DNA from: Patescibacteria group bacterium
GTDB lineage: Bacteria; Patescibacteriota; Patescibacteriia; Patescibacteriales; UBA12075
Assembly (NCBI GenBank): GCA_018897195.1
Contig: JAHILH010000003.1
Location: forward strand, 431-64,430
DNA length: 64,000 nucleotides
Reading direction: 5' to 3'
Shown here: piece by piece, positions 25,991-35,639 of the stretch
Numbering within the stretch: position 1 is the first letter of the stretch
Layout of the letters: the number at the start of each line of letters is the position of its first letter
Notes under the pieces: model-generated
Database searches by the model: none
Told to the model about the DNA's origin: nothing
The model's input: the letters and a program-made list of their open reading frames with translations, nothing else
Made by a program: the position numbers and the translations under genes

Positions 25991-26050
25991 GGTCATTGGA
26001 GCATAAGCTCCTGACTATATATAAAACTAAAAGTTTTAATAAATAATTAA
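25991..26050 (+). repeat. Two-hairpin intercistronic module, copy A
   Basis: ggtcattggagc-ataa-gctcctgact, then aaaact-aaa-agtttt, then aataaataatt. Confidence 0.6.
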
Positions 26051-26125
26051 CATAATAAAATTAATTTTAACGACTGGACAAAACTCTCTCAGTTTTAAAC
26101 TAAGTAGAGGTCGTAAGCTAAAAAA

Positions 26126-27313
26126 ATGGCAGAAAAATTCGAACGCAACAAGCCACATCTTAATGTGGGAACAATTGGTCACGTTGACCACGGTAAAACA
26201 ACATTAACAGCCGCTATCTTGAAGGTGGCAGCCGCTAATGGTTTGATGTCATCTCACAAGGATGTAGATCAAATTGACGCAGCGCCGGAAGAAAAAGCTC
26301 GTGGTATTACTATCGCGACAGCTCACGTTGAATATGAATCAACATTGAGACATTATGCTCACGTAGATTGTCCTGGTCACGCTGACTATGTAAAGAACAT
26401 GATTACTGGTGCCGCTCAAATGGACGGTGCAGTATTGGTAGTAGCCGCAACAGACGGACCTATGCCTCAAACAAGAGAGCACATCCTTTTGGCTAGACAA
26501 GTTGGTATCGGTCACATCGTAGTATTTTTGAACAAATGCGATATGGTTGAAGACCAAGAATTGATCGACCTTGTGGAAGAAGAAATCAGAGACTTGTTGA
26601 AGAAATATGAATTTGACGGTGATAATACAAGAATCATCAGAGGTTCAGCTTTGAAAGCTCTTGAAAATCCAACAGGTGAATACGGTTTGAAAGTAATGGA
26701 ATTGTTGACTGCTTTAGACGAAGCTATTCCAGAACCAGTTCGTGATACTGATAAAACATTCTTAATGCCTATTGAAGACGTCTTCTCAATCGAAGGTCGT
26801 GGTACAGTAGTTACAGGTAGAATTGAAAGAGGTATTTTGAAAGTTGGTGATGAATGTGAAATCGTTGGTTTGATGGATACAAAGAAAACAGTGGTAACTG
26901 GTATCGAAATGTTTAACAAGCAGTTAGACAGTGGTATGGCTGGTGACAATGCTGGTGTATTACTTCGTGGTACAAAGAAAAATGAAGTTGAGCGTGGACA
27001 AGTTTTGGCTAAAACTGGAACTGTAACACCTCACACTGAATTTGAAGCTGAAGTTTACATTTTGTCAAAAGAAGAAGGCGGTAGACACAAGCCATTCTTC
27101 AAGGGTTACAAGCCTCAATTCTATATCAGAACAACTGATGTTACTGGTGAAGTAGAATTGCCAGAAGGAACTGAAATGGTAATGCCTGGTGATACTATCA
27201 ACTTCAAGGTGAAACTTATTTCTCCAATTGCTTTGGAAGAAAAAATGAGATTCGCTATTCGTGAAGGTGGTAGAACAGTAGGTGCCGGTGTAGTAGTTAA
27301 AGTAATTAAGTAA
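26126..27313 (+). CDS. tuf: Elongation factor Tu
   Basis: 395 aa. [21 protein letters not shown]. Confidence 0.98.
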   Translation: MAEKFERNKPHLNVGTIGHVDHGKTTLTAAILKVAAANGLMSSHKDVDQIDAAPEEKARGITIATAHVEYESTLRHYAHVDCPGHADYVKNMITGAAQMDGAVLVVAATDGPMPQTREHILLARQVGIGHIVVFLNKCDMVEDQELIDLVEEEIRDLLKKYEFDGDNTRIIRGSALKALENPTGEYGLKVMELLTALDEAIPEPVRDTDKTFLMPIEDVFSIEGRGTVVTGRIERGILKVGDECEIVGLMDTKKTVVTGIEMFNKQLDSGMAGDNAGVLLRGTKKNEVERGQVLAKTGTVTPHTEFEAEVYILSKEEGGRHKPFFKGYKPQFYIRTTDVTGEVELPEGTEMVMPGDTINFKVKLISPIALEEKMRFAIREGGRTVGAGVVVKVIK

Positions 27314-27321
27314 ATACTTTG

Positions 27322-27360
27322 TCCCGCCTCGGTCTCAAGTTGAGGCGGGATTGTATTATT
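27322..27360 (+). terminator. GC-rich hairpin after tuf (terminator or attenuator)
   Basis: tcccgcctc (27322-27330) pairs with gaggcggga (27342-27350). Followed by ttgtattattt, an interrupted T-run. Confidence 0.45.
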
Positions 27361-27397
27361 TATTTAAAAATAATTAACATTATTTAAAGATTTCAAG

Positions 27398-27751
27398 ATG
27401 ACAGCAGAAAAAAAATCCAAAAAAGAAACAGGCGAGAAAGATGATTCTAAACAAAAAATTAGAATCAAGATTAAGGCCTTTGATCATAAGATCATTGACC
27501 AGTCAACAAAGACAATTATTGACACCGTGAACAGAAGCGGTGCTAGCGTTTTTGGTCCTATTCCACTTCCAGTGGAAAAAAAGAGATACACTGTGAATCG
27601 ATCAACTTTCGTTCACAAGACAGCTAGAGATCAATATGAAATCAGAACTCACAAGAGACTGATTGATATTATTGACCCTACGCCAAAGACTATCGAGGAT
27701 TTGACAAGTCTAAGCTTACCAGCCGGTGTTGATATTGAAATAAAGATGTAA
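27398..27751 (+). CDS. rpsJ: 30S ribosomal protein S10 (with ~18-aa Lys-rich N-terminal extension)
   Basis: 117 aa. [16 protein letters not shown]...[12 protein letters not shown]. Confidence 0.95.
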   Translation: MTAEKKSKKETGEKDDSKQKIRIKIKAFDHKIIDQSTKTIIDTVNRSGASVFGPIPLPVEKKRYTVNRSTFVHKTARDQYEIRTHKRLIDIIDPTPKTIEDLTSLSLPAGVDIEIKM

Positions 27752-27836
27752 TCCATTTTTGTTTAAATATTTGCCAAATTTTTATATTTATATTATATAT
27801 AATATAAAATGGCTAATATTGAATAATTAAAAGGAC

Positions 27837-27865
27837 TTGCATTTTTTAAAAAGATGGCATATAAT
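27837..27865 (+). promoter_or_regulatory. Strong sigma-70-type promoter inside the rpsJ-rplC gap
   Basis: TTGCAT (27837-27842), exactly 17 nt, TATAAT (27860-27865). AT-rich UP-like DNA lies upstream. Confidence 0.6.
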
Positions 27866-27871
27866 GTCATT

Positions 27872-28048
27872 ATATAAGTAGAGCTATCTTGTATTGTTTT
27901 AGTAACTCACTGCTAGCGCGGTGACAGTGCTTTAATGATGGATAAATAGCTAAACTAGAAAGGATTAAGTTAACAAAAAGATACAGTACAACTCAGAAGA
28001 TAATTCTATTATTTTTTAGTGCTGGTTTTGTTATAAACCAGTTTTTTG
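27872..28048 (+). ncRNA. Candidate ~175-nt structured RNA (independent sRNA, possibly 6S-like rod, or an attenuating leader of the rplC operon)
   Basis: Bounded by the promoter above and an intrinsic terminator (ctggttt-tgttat-aaaccag + tttttt, 28022-28047). Hand fold: 27880-27897 pairs with 27983-28007, 27898-27907 pairs with 27968-27979, and an apical hairpin is cactg/cagtg (27908-27929). No ORF. Confidence 0.5.
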
Positions 28049-28107
28049 TTTCTTAAATCCTTAAATTATCCGCTCCAAGCGGATCTGCGACAATAACAGA
28101 ATATTTT

Positions 28108-28923
28108 ATGAAATTTATTATAGGTAAAAAACAAGAAATGACTCAACTTTGGAAGAATGACAAAGTTGTTGCAGTAACCTTAGTTAAGGCTGAACCAAAC
28201 ATTGTAGTTCAAGTAAAAAATGAAGCTACTGATGGTTATTCAGCATTGCAAATGGGTTTTGGCGTTCGCAAAGAAAAGAATATCAAGAAACCACAATTAG
28301 GTCATATGAAGGGCTTGGGCAGTTTTGCTAAACTTCGTGAGTTCAGAACTGAAGGCGTAGAAGCTAAGAAGGGTGATGTGGTTGGCGTTGAAACATTTCA
28401 AGAAGGTGATATTATCCAAGTAACTGCTAACTCCAAAGGAAAAGGTTTTCAAGGTGTAGTAAAGAGACATGGTTTCAAAGGTCAGATTAAGACTCATGGT
28501 ACTAAGGATCAAGTTAGAATGCCTGGCTCGATTGGTGCTAAAGGCCCTGCTCATGTATTTAAAGGTACAAGAATGGGAGGTCGCATGGGTGGCAAGAGAA
28601 TTACAACTAGCAATTTGGAAATTATCAAAGTTGATATTGAAAATAATATTTTATACATCAAGGGTGCTGTACCAGGAGCAATTAACGGCTTGGTAATGAT
28701 TAAGGGCAAAGGTGAATTAAAATTTATTGAAGAGAAGACTGTTCCAGTTGAAGAAAAGGTTGAAGAAAAGGTTGAAGAAAAAGTTGAAGAGGTGGTTGAA
28801 GAGAAAGTGGTGGAAGTTAAGGAAGAGGTTAAGGCTGAAGAAGTAGTAAAAGCTGAAGAAAATATTGAACAAGTAGTAATTGAAGCTGGCAAAAAAATTG
28901 AAGACGAAGAAGCTTCAAAATAA
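28108..28923 (+). CDS. rplC: 50S ribosomal protein L3 with ~60-aa Glu/Lys/Val-rich C-terminal extension
   Basis: 271 aa. The core GKGFQGVVKRHGF..., then a (VEEK)n tail encoded by a 12-bp tandem repeat at about 28747-28800. Confidence 0.95.
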   Translation: MKFIIGKKQEMTQLWKNDKVVAVTLVKAEPNIVVQVKNEATDGYSALQMGFGVRKEKNIKKPQLGHMKGLGSFAKLREFRTEGVEAKKGDVVGVETFQEGDIIQVTANSKGKGFQGVVKRHGFKGQIKTHGTKDQVRMPGSIGAKGPAHVFKGTRMGGRMGGKRITTSNLEIIKVDIENNILYIKGAVPGAINGLVMIKGKGELKFIEEKTVPVEEKVEEKVEEKVEEVVEEKVVEVKEEVKAEEVVKAEENIEQVVIEAGKKIEDEEASK

Positions 28924-28951
28924 TTATTGATAACTAAGTTTTTTAAATAGT

Positions 28952-29611
28952 ATGTCCATTAAGACTAAATTATACAATCAAAAAGCAGAAACAGTTGGCG
29001 AGATTGAGTTGAGTGAAAATATCTTTGGTGTAAAAACCAATAATGATTTGATTCACCAAGCTTATGTTGCACAGTTAGGAAATGAAAGACAAGTTTTGGC
29101 ACATACCAAGACAAAAGGAGAAGTTCGCGGTGGTGGTAAAAAACCATGGCGACAAAAGGGAACTGGTCGTGCTCGTTCTGGTTCAAGTCGTTCACCGATT
29201 TGGATTGGCGGTGGTGTTACTTTTGGTCCCTTGAAAGATAGAAATTTCAAAAAAGAAATCAATAAGAAAATGAAGCAAAAAGCGATGTTCATGGTTTTGT
29301 CTGATAGAATGGCAAGCGAAGCAATGGCAATTTTGGATGAAGTGAAAATGAGCGAATTTAAGACTAAAACTTTTAATGAGATTGTTGGTAACATGGAAGA
29401 AAAGGCAATGAAGAAAATCGAGAATAAGAGAAGAAGTGTATTAATTATTGATTCTAGCAACGATGATAAGGTGAAATACTCTGGCCGCAATTTGGTCGGT
29501 GTGAAGATTATCAATTTGGACAACATCAATATTTTCGATTTATTAAAATATCGAAATTTGATTATTACCAAAGCATCGGTTGAGAAAATGGAAATAACTT
29601 ATAAGAAATAA
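28952..29611 (+). CDS. rplD: 50S ribosomal protein L4
   Basis: 219 aa. RGGGKKPWRQKGTGRAR motif. Confidence 0.95.
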   Translation: MSIKTKLYNQKAETVGEIELSENIFGVKTNNDLIHQAYVAQLGNERQVLAHTKTKGEVRGGGKKPWRQKGTGRARSGSSRSPIWIGGGVTFGPLKDRNFKKEINKKMKQKAMFMVLSDRMASEAMAILDEVKMSEFKTKTFNEIVGNMEEKAMKKIENKRRSVLIIDSSNDDKVKYSGRNLVGVKIINLDNINIFDLLKYRNLIITKASVEKMEITYKK

Positions 29612-29638
29612 ATTATCTGCGAAGGCAGGATTTAATAT

Positions 29639-29995
29639 ATGGCAACGAAAGATTTATACAAAGACGAAACAACTAAAGGTGAAACCAAGAAAGTAGCTGG
29701 CAATAAAGTGTCAAATGCTTATAAAGTTTTAGTTAAACCCTTAGTAACTGAAAAGGGTGCTAATTTTGCAACATCGAATAAGTATTTGTTCGAAGTGGCT
29801 CATGACACCAATAAGGTTGAAATCAAAAAAGCGATCAAGGACGTTTATGGTGTTACACCAACTGACGTTAACGTAATGAACGTTTTGGGTAAGACTAAAA
29901 GATTTGGTCGAATCAAAGGCAAGAGAAAGGATTGGAAAAAGGCGATTGTAACTTTACCAAAAGGCGAAACAATCAATGTTTACGAAGGAGTATAA
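29639..29995 (+). CDS. rplW: 50S ribosomal protein L23 (N-terminal extension)
   Basis: 118 aa. ...KPLVTEKG....NKYLFEV....NKVEIKKAI... Confidence 0.93.
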   Translation: MATKDLYKDETTKGETKKVAGNKVSNAYKVLVKPLVTEKGANFATSNKYLFEVAHDTNKVEIKKAIKDVYGVTPTDVNVMNVLGKTKRFGRIKGKRKDWKKAIVTLPKGETINVYEGV

Positions 29996-30017
29996 TTATA
30001 AATTTTCAATTTAAGAT

Positions 30018-30863
30018 ATGGGAATTAAAAAAGTAAAACCAACAACACCAGGAAGACGTCAAGCTACATTTGATGATTTTAGTGATATCACTAAAAGCAA
30101 GCCAGAAAAGAATTTGATTACAATCAAAAAGCAACATGGTGGTAGAAACGCACAAGGTAAGATTACAGTAAGACACAGAGGTGGTGGTGTAAAAAGATTT
30201 GTTAGAATCGTTGATTTTAAGAGAGAAAAATTTGGCATCGAGGCAACTGTAAATGCGATTGAATATGATCCAAATAGAGGTGCGAGAATTGCTTTGTTAT
30301 TTTATGCTGATGGTGAAAAGAGATATATTGTAGCTCCGGTTGGTCTAGTGGTTGGTGACAAGATTATGTCATCACAAGAGAGAATTGAAATCAAGAAAGG
30401 TAACGCGATGCCGATTGGAAATATTCCAGCTGGTGTAGCCGTATATAATGTGGAAATCGAACCAGGACGTGGCGGAAAAATCGCTCGTGGCGCTGGTATC
30501 GCATTATTCGTAATGGGTGTAGAAGGAAAATATGCGCAAGTAAAGATGCCATCCGGTGAAATAAGATTGATTAAGAGGGAATGTATGTGCACAGTTGGAC
30601 AAGTTAGTAATGTTGATCAAAGACATATTAAGATTGGTTCTGCTGGAAGAAATAGAAGATTAGGATGGAGACCAACAGTTCGTGGTACAGCGATGAATCC
30701 AGTTGATCATCCACATGGTGGTGGTGAAGGTAACCAATCTATTGGTTTGAAGCATCCGAAGACACCTTGGGGTAAACCAGCGTTGGGCGTGAAGACTAGA
30801 AACAAGAAAAAGCCATCTGGCAAATTGATTGTAAAAAGAAGAGTTAATAAGAAGAAGAAATAA
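30018..30863 (+). CDS. rplB: 50S ribosomal protein L2
   Basis: 281 aa. [31 protein letters not shown]. Confidence 0.97.
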   Translation: MGIKKVKPTTPGRRQATFDDFSDITKSKPEKNLITIKKQHGGRNAQGKITVRHRGGGVKRFVRIVDFKREKFGIEATVNAIEYDPNRGARIALLFYADGEKRYIVAPVGLVVGDKIMSSQERIEIKKGNAMPIGNIPAGVAVYNVEIEPGRGGKIARGAGIALFVMGVEGKYAQVKMPSGEIRLIKRECMCTVGQVSNVDQRHIKIGSAGRNRRLGWRPTVRGTAMNPVDHPHGGGEGNQSIGLKHPKTPWGKPALGVKTRNKKKPSGKLIVKRRVNKKKK

Positions 30864-30870
30864 TAAATTC

Positions 30871-30928
30871 GGTCATTGGAGCATAAACTCCTGACCATAC
30901 AAAAAGCCGAGGGCTTTTATAAATAATT
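30871..30928 (+). repeat. Two-hairpin intercistronic module, copy B
   Basis: ggtca-tt-ggag cataaa ctcc tgacc, then atacaaaaagcc-gag-ggcttttataaataatt. Confidence 0.65.
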
Positions 30929-30939
30929 ATTATAACCAA

Positions 30940-31215
30940 ATGTCTAGAAGTTTAAAAAAAGGACCATATATTAATCAACGGTTCTTGAACAAAATCAAGA
31001 ATTTGAAACCGGGCGAAAAAACTAATTTGCGTCTTTGGGATCGTTCATGTTCAATCACACCAGAAATGGTTGGTTTTACAGTAGGCGTCCACAATGGTCG
31101 TAAGCATGTTGATGTCTATGTAGTTGAAGATATGGTGGGTCACAAGTTTGGTGAATTTGCACCAACTAGAAAATTTGTTAATCACGGTGGTAAAATGGCC
31201 AAGGTTAAAAAATAA
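30940..31215 (+). CDS. rpsS: 30S ribosomal protein S19
   Basis: 91 aa. MSRSLKKGPY..., GHKFGEFAPTR. Confidence 0.97.
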   Translation: MSRSLKKGPYINQRFLNKIKNLKPGEKTNLRLWDRSCSITPEMVGFTVGVHNGRKHVDVYVVEDMVGHKFGEFAPTRKFVNHGGKMAKVKK

Positions 31216-31235
31216 TTTAAAAGATAAAAGATAAT

Positions 31236-31814
31236 ATGCAAGTATCAGCAAAATTAAACAATTTAAAAATATCTCCAAGAAAGGTCCGATTAGTAGTGGA
31301 CGTTATTCGTGGCATGAAGGTTGAAAAAGCCTTGGATCAGTTGAAGTTTATTAATAAGAAATCAACTCATCCAATTGACAAGCTTTTGAAATCAGCGATT
31401 GCTAACGCGGAAAACAATTTCGAATTGAAGGTGGATAATCTATTAGTGAAGGAAATCAGAGTTGACGAAGGTATGACTATGAAGCGATCAATGCCAAGAG
31501 CTAGAGGTCGTGCGACAGTTATCAGAAAAAGAGTTAGTCACGTGATGATCACTTTAGGAGAATTAGTTGATAGTGGTGAGAAGAAAGGCAAGCAGACTAA
31601 AATTGAAGCGCCGATCAAATTAACAGGAAACGTTAAAGAAGAAGGTGCTGCTAAGGTTAAGGCCAAGGAAGAAGAAAAAATTGCTAAGGAAGATGCGGAT
31701 GAGAAGGGTAAGAAAATTGTTGATCCAAGAATGGAAGGACATGGCAAGCATAGCAAAGTTGAGAAAGATTCTAAGGGTTTTGTTAATAAAATGTTTAGAA
31801 GAAAGTCAGGATAA
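31236..31814 (+). CDS. rplV: 50S ribosomal protein L22 with ~80-aa Lys/Glu-rich C-terminal extension
   Basis: 192 aa. The core ISPRKVRLVVDVIRG...RARGRA..I.KR.SH, then a KEEGAAKVKAKEEEKIAKEDADEKGKK tail. Confidence 0.93.
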   Translation: MQVSAKLNNLKISPRKVRLVVDVIRGMKVEKALDQLKFINKKSTHPIDKLLKSAIANAENNFELKVDNLLVKEIRVDEGMTMKRSMPRARGRATVIRKRVSHVMITLGELVDSGEKKGKQTKIEAPIKLTGNVKEEGAAKVKAKEEEKIAKEDADEKGKKIVDPRMEGHGKHSKVEKDSKGFVNKMFRRKSG

Positions 31815-31844
31815 GCGACTACTTGAAGTAGATTGATAGTTTAC

Positions 31845-31899
31845 GGTCATGGAGCATAAACTCCTGACCACACAAAAAACCTTTGGTTTTTATAATAAC
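31845..31899 (+). repeat. Two-hairpin intercistronic module, copy C
   Basis: ggtca-t-ggag cataaa ctcc tgacc, then acacaaaaaacc-ttt-ggtttttataataac. Confidence 0.65.
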
Positions 31900-31910
31900 T
31901 TATACATTAT

Positions 31911-32606
31911 ATGGGAAAAAAAGTTAATCCAAAAATTTTTAGAATGGGTATTACAAGAACTTGGCACTCTAAGTGGTTCGGGACTGGTAAAGACTATGTA
32001 AAAAATTTGCAACAAGATTTGTATATTCGTAGACATTTGTTGAAAAAATACATGGAAGCTGGTGTTGATCGCGTTGAGATTGAAAGAAATGCTAAGAAGA
32101 TTGTAATCAATGTTTATACAGCTAAGCCTGGTTTTATTATCGGTCGCGGCGGTGCTGGTATTGAGGATTTGAAAAAAGAGCTTTTGGTTAAGTTTTTATC
32201 AAGACCACAAGCAGTTAAATTGAGTGATATAAATTTAAATATACACGAAGTTGATCGACCAAGTTTGAGTTCTCAAATTGTGGTGCAAGGAATGGCCTTG
32301 GAAATTGAAAAGAGAATGCCTTTCCGAAGAGTAATGAAGCAAGTGATTAACAAAGTAGAAAGAGCTGGGGGATTAGGAATCAAAGTAAAAATTTCAGGAC
32401 GATTGAATGGATCAGAAATTGCTAGAACGGAAATGTTGACTAGTGGTAAAGTACCCCTACACACTTTAAGAGCAGACATTGATTATTCCCGTGGCGTAGC
32501 CCGCACAACATATGGTGCAATCGGTATCAAGGTTTGGATTTATAAGGGTGATAAATTTGAAAAAGTAGGAGATTCTAGCGGCGAAGTCGTTGGCAAGAAA
32601 AAATAA
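31911..32606 (+). CDS. rpsC: 30S ribosomal protein S3
   Basis: 231 aa. MGKKVNPKIFR.G....W.S.WF, KH domain GRGGAGIE. Confidence 0.97.
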   Translation: MGKKVNPKIFRMGITRTWHSKWFGTGKDYVKNLQQDLYIRRHLLKKYMEAGVDRVEIERNAKKIVINVYTAKPGFIIGRGGAGIEDLKKELLVKFLSRPQAVKLSDINLNIHEVDRPSLSSQIVVQGMALEIEKRMPFRRVMKQVINKVERAGGLGIKVKISGRLNGSEIARTEMLTSGKVPLHTLRADIDYSRGVARTTYGAIGIKVWIYKGDKFEKVGDSSGEVVGKKK

Positions 32607-32617
32607 ATAATTTATAC

Positions 32618-32672
32618 GGTCGTGGAATGTGAATTCCCGACCATACAAAAAGACTAAATCTTTTATAACAAT
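32618..32672 (+). repeat. Two-hairpin intercistronic module, copy D (compensatory variant)
   Basis: ggtcg-t-ggaat gtga attcc cgacc, then atacaaaaaga-ctaaa-tcttttataacaatt. Both stem halves differ from copies B and C in a base-pair-preserving way. Confidence 0.65.
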
Positions 32673-32690
32673 TAGTGATATTATACATAT

Positions 32691-33095
32691 ATGTTAATGC
32701 CAAAGAAAACTAAATATAGAAAGTCGCACAAAGGCAAGAGAGGCGGAAAAGCTAGTAGAATGATTAGCGTTGCTTTCGGTAAATTTGGTTTGAAGACAAT
32801 GGAACCATTTTGGATCACTTCCAGACAAATCGAAGCGGCTCGTAGAGTAATCACGAGAGCGACAAAAAGAGGTGGTAAGATATGGATTAGAATTTTCCCT
32901 GATAAGCCAGTTACCCAAAAAGGTGGAGAAATCCCTATGGGTATGGGTAAAGGTTCAGTTGATCACTATGTAGCTGTTGTGAAACCAGGAATGGTTATGT
33001 TTGAAATCGACGGTGTTGACGAAGAGACAGCTAAAAGTGCTTTGATCGCGGCAGCCCACAAGCTACCAGTTAAATGTAAAGTAGTAAGTAGATAA
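32691..33095 (+). CDS. rplP: 50S ribosomal protein L16
   Basis: 134 aa. [14 protein letters not shown]...G. Confidence 0.97.
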   Translation: MLMPKKTKYRKSHKGKRGGKASRMISVAFGKFGLKTMEPFWITSRQIEAARRVITRATKRGGKIWIRIFPDKPVTQKGGEIPMGMGKGSVDHYVAVVKPGMVMFEIDGVDEETAKSALIAAAHKLPVKCKVVSR

Positions 33096-33100
33096 ATTTT

Positions 33101-33301
33101 ATGAATTTAAAAGAATTAAAATTAAAAAACATTCCAGAATTGCACAAGATGTTGGCGGAACAGAGAGATAATTTGCGTGATTTGAGATTTAAGGATGCGA
33201 GCAAGCAATTAAAAAAAGTAACGGATATTAGAGTTGTGCGAACAACTATTTCCCGAATTTTGACTTTGCTTAACACCAAGAAAGAAGAAAATATTAAATA
33301 A
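33101..33301 (+). CDS. rpmC: 50S ribosomal protein L29
   Basis: 66 aa. Position between L16 and S17. LR.....L...L..LR. Confidence 0.9.
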   Translation: MNLKELKLKNIPELHKMLAEQRDNLRDLRFKDASKQLKKVTDIRVVRTTISRILTLLNTKKEENIK

Positions 33302-33326
33302 TATTTACATTAGTTAAATAATTAGT

Positions 33327-33632
33327 ATGGTTAATACAAAAGAAGTAAAATCGAATAAGAAAGTTGCAACTAAGGTTGATGAGGCAGTAGTCGTAGAAAG
33401 AGTAGTTATTAAAAAAACTTTTAATGGCGAGGTTGTGAGCGACAAAATGAACAAGACTGTTGTAGTTAAGGTTGATAGTGTTAAGATTCACCCACGATAT
33501 AAGAAGAGATATACAGTAAGCAAGAAATACAAGGTTCATGATGAAAAGGAACAGTATAAAACAGGTGATAAAGTAAAATTTATTGAATGTCGGCCAATGT
33601 CCAAGGACAAGAGATGGCGAGTAATTTATTAA
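33327..33632 (+). CDS. rpsQ: 30S ribosomal protein S17 (N-terminal extension)
   Basis: 101 aa. G.VVSDKM.KTVVV.V......HP.YKK......KY.VHDE. Confidence 0.93.
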   Translation: MVNTKEVKSNKKVATKVDEAVVVERVVIKKTFNGEVVSDKMNKTVVVKVDSVKIHPRYKKRYTVSKKYKVHDEKEQYKTGDKVKFIECRPMSKDKRWRVIY

Positions 33633-33649
33633 TCTAATTTTTTAGAGAT

Positions 33650-34021
33650 ATGATTCAAACAGAGTCAAGATTAAAAGTAGCAGATAATTCGGGTGCAAAG
33701 GAAGTTTTGTGTATCCATGTTTTTGGTGGTTACAAAAAAAGATACGGTGGGGTTGGTGATATTATTTCTTGTGCGGTAAAAGTGGCAGCGCCACATGCAG
33801 CGATCAAGAAAGGTGATGTAGTTCACGCTGTTATTGTTCGAACCAAAAAAGAAATCCGTCGTGAAGATGGTGTGTATTTGAGATTTAGCGAAAACGCTTG
33901 TGTGGTTATTGATAAGGTAAAGAAAGAGCCAAAAGCAACTCGCGTATTTGGTCCGATTGCTAGAGAGGTTAGAAAGAGAGGCTTTTTGAAGATTGCCTCA
34001 TTAGCACCAGAAGTTTTGTAA
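33650..34021 (+). CDS. rplN: 50S ribosomal protein L14
   Basis: 123 aa. [18 protein letters not shown]. Confidence 0.97.
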   Translation: MIQTESRLKVADNSGAKEVLCIHVFGGYKKRYGGVGDIISCAVKVAAPHAAIKKGDVVHAVIVRTKKEIRREDGVYLRFSENACVVIDKVKKEPKATRVFGPIAREVRKRGFLKIASLAPEVL

Positions 34022-34047
34022 ATTACGATATATAATAAGAATATAAT

Positions 34048-34362
34048 ATGAAAATTAAAGTTAATGACAAAGTTAAAATAACAGCTGGTAAGGATAACGG
34101 TAAAACCGGAAAAGTTTTGCAAGTTTTTCCTGAGAAGAACAGAGCCAGTGTTGAAGGTATCAATTTATTGATCAAGCATATGCGTCCAAGAAGACAAGGT
34201 GAGCATGGTCAAAGAATTGAATTTCCAGCACCTATGGATTTGTCTAATTTAATGTTGTCTTGCCCTAAGTGTGGCAAAGAAGCGAGAATCGGTTATAAAT
34301 ATTCAGATGATAAAAAGAAGAAATATAGAGTTTGTAAAAAATGTGATCAAGTAATTGATTAA
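34048..34362 (+). CDS. rplX: 50S ribosomal protein L24 with CxxC...CxxC (Zn-ribbon-like) C-terminal part
   Basis: 104 aa. KVKITAGKDNGKTGKV KOW motif. C-terminus CPKCGKEARIGYKYSDDKKKKYRVCKKCDQ. Confidence 0.93.
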   Translation: MKIKVNDKVKITAGKDNGKTGKVLQVFPEKNRASVEGINLLIKHMRPRRQGEHGQRIEFPAPMDLSNLMLSCPKCGKEARIGYKYSDDKKKKYRVCKKCDQVID

Positions 34363-34376
34363 TTAGAATAATAATT

Positions 34377-34919
34377 ATGTTACAAGAAAAATATAAAAAT
34401 GAAATAATGCCGAAATTGAAGGAAGAATTTGGTTATACGAGCGCGATGCAGATTCCAAAGATTTCTAAGATTGTTGTTAATGTTGGATTTGGTAGACAGA
34501 CTAAGGAAAAAGCTTTTATCCAAAACGTTTTGAGCGGTTTAACAAGAATTACTGGACAAAAACCACAAGAGAACAAAGCGAAGAAGGCGATTTCTGCTTT
34601 CAAGCTTAGAGAAGGAATGGTAATTGGCGCCAGTGTTACCTTGAGAGGTAAGAGAATGACTGATTTTTTGACAAAATTAATTAATCTTTCTTTCCCAGGT
34701 GTAAGAGATTTCCGTGGCATTACTGATAAAGGCATGGACCGAACTGGTAACATGACAATCGGTTTCAAAGAACATTTAGCTTTCCCAGAAATTCGTAGTG
34801 ATGAAATTGAAAATGTTTTCGGCCTTGAGGTAAGTTTAGCAACAACTGCTAAGACTAGAAAAGAAGGTTTGAGACTGTTTGAATTATACGGTTTTCCATT
34901 TAAGAAAGATAATAAATAA
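34377..34919 (+). CDS. rplE: 50S ribosomal protein L5
   Basis: 180 aa. Position and the ...RDF.G......D..GN...G..E...FPE pattern. Confidence 0.95.
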   Translation: MLQEKYKNEIMPKLKEEFGYTSAMQIPKISKIVVNVGFGRQTKEKAFIQNVLSGLTRITGQKPQENKAKKAISAFKLREGMVIGASVTLRGKRMTDFLTKLINLSFPGVRDFRGITDKGMDRTGNMTIGFKEHLAFPEIRSDEIENVFGLEVSLATTAKTRKEGLRLFELYGFPFKKDNK

Positions 34920-34954
34920 TTTTTAATAAATAATAAATTAACGGCTAAGATTAT

Positions 34955-35140
34955 ATGGCTAGAAAAGCATTAATTGCAAAAGCAAAAAGAACACCAAAAT
35001 TTTCAACACGCGTTATTCGCCGATGTTGGAGATGTGGCAGAAACCATGGTTACATGCGTGATTTTAGTTTGTGTCGTATTTGTTTTCGTGAATTAGCTGA
35101 CAATGGTGATCTTCCGGGAATAAAGAAAGCATCTTGGTAG
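34955..35140 (+). CDS. rpsN: 30S ribosomal protein S14, type Z (Zn-ribbon, 61 aa)
   Basis: [16 protein letters not shown]...RC..CGR..G....F.LCR.CFRE. Confidence 0.95.
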   Translation: MARKALIAKAKRTPKFSTRVIRRCWRCGRNHGYMRDFSLCRICFRELADNGDLPGIKKASW

Positions 35141-35213
35141 AGTGTTTGTCCGCGTTAAGCGGAAATAATAATAAATAATAAGTATATATAGAAAATAAAT
35201 TAATATAAATTTT

Positions 35214-35624
35214 ATGACAGATCCAATAGCTGACATGTTAACAAGAATAAGAAATGCTTCCGCTGTGAAAAAAGCAGAGATTCTTTTACCGATGAGCAAA
35301 ATGAAGCATAAGATTGCCTTGATTCTTAAAGAAGAAGGGTGGGTTTATGATGTTGATGTTGTTAAAGCTAGCGCCGACCCGAAGAAATCTACTTTTGATG
35401 AATTAAAAATAGTATTGAAATACAAGAAGAGCGGTAAATCAGCGATTACTAGCATTAAGAGAATTAGTAAGCCAGGCTTACGCGCTTATTCCAAGAAGAT
35501 TGAACTACCTAGAGTTTTAAATAATTTGGGTATCGCCATTGTTTCAACATCTAAAGGCTTAATGACAAATAAAAAAGCTAGAAGAGAAGGTTTAGGTGGA
35601 GAAGTTATTTGTGAAATTTACTAA
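35214..35624 (+). CDS. rpsH: 30S ribosomal protein S8
   Basis: 136 aa. [15 protein letters not shown]. Confidence 0.97.
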   Translation: MTDPIADMLTRIRNASAVKKAEILLPMSKMKHKIALILKEEGWVYDVDVVKASADPKKSTFDELKIVLKYKKSGKSAITSIKRISKPGLRAYSKKIELPRVLNNLGIAIVSTSKGLMTNKKARREGLGGEVICEIY

Positions 35625-35639
35625 GTAAAATAATACATT

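Noticed and set aside
28747-28800. 12-bp tandem DNA repeat (gttgaagaaaag) that could look like a short repeat array
   Set aside because: It lies inside the rplC reading frame and encodes the (VEEK)n tail. It has no spacers, so it is not a CRISPR array.
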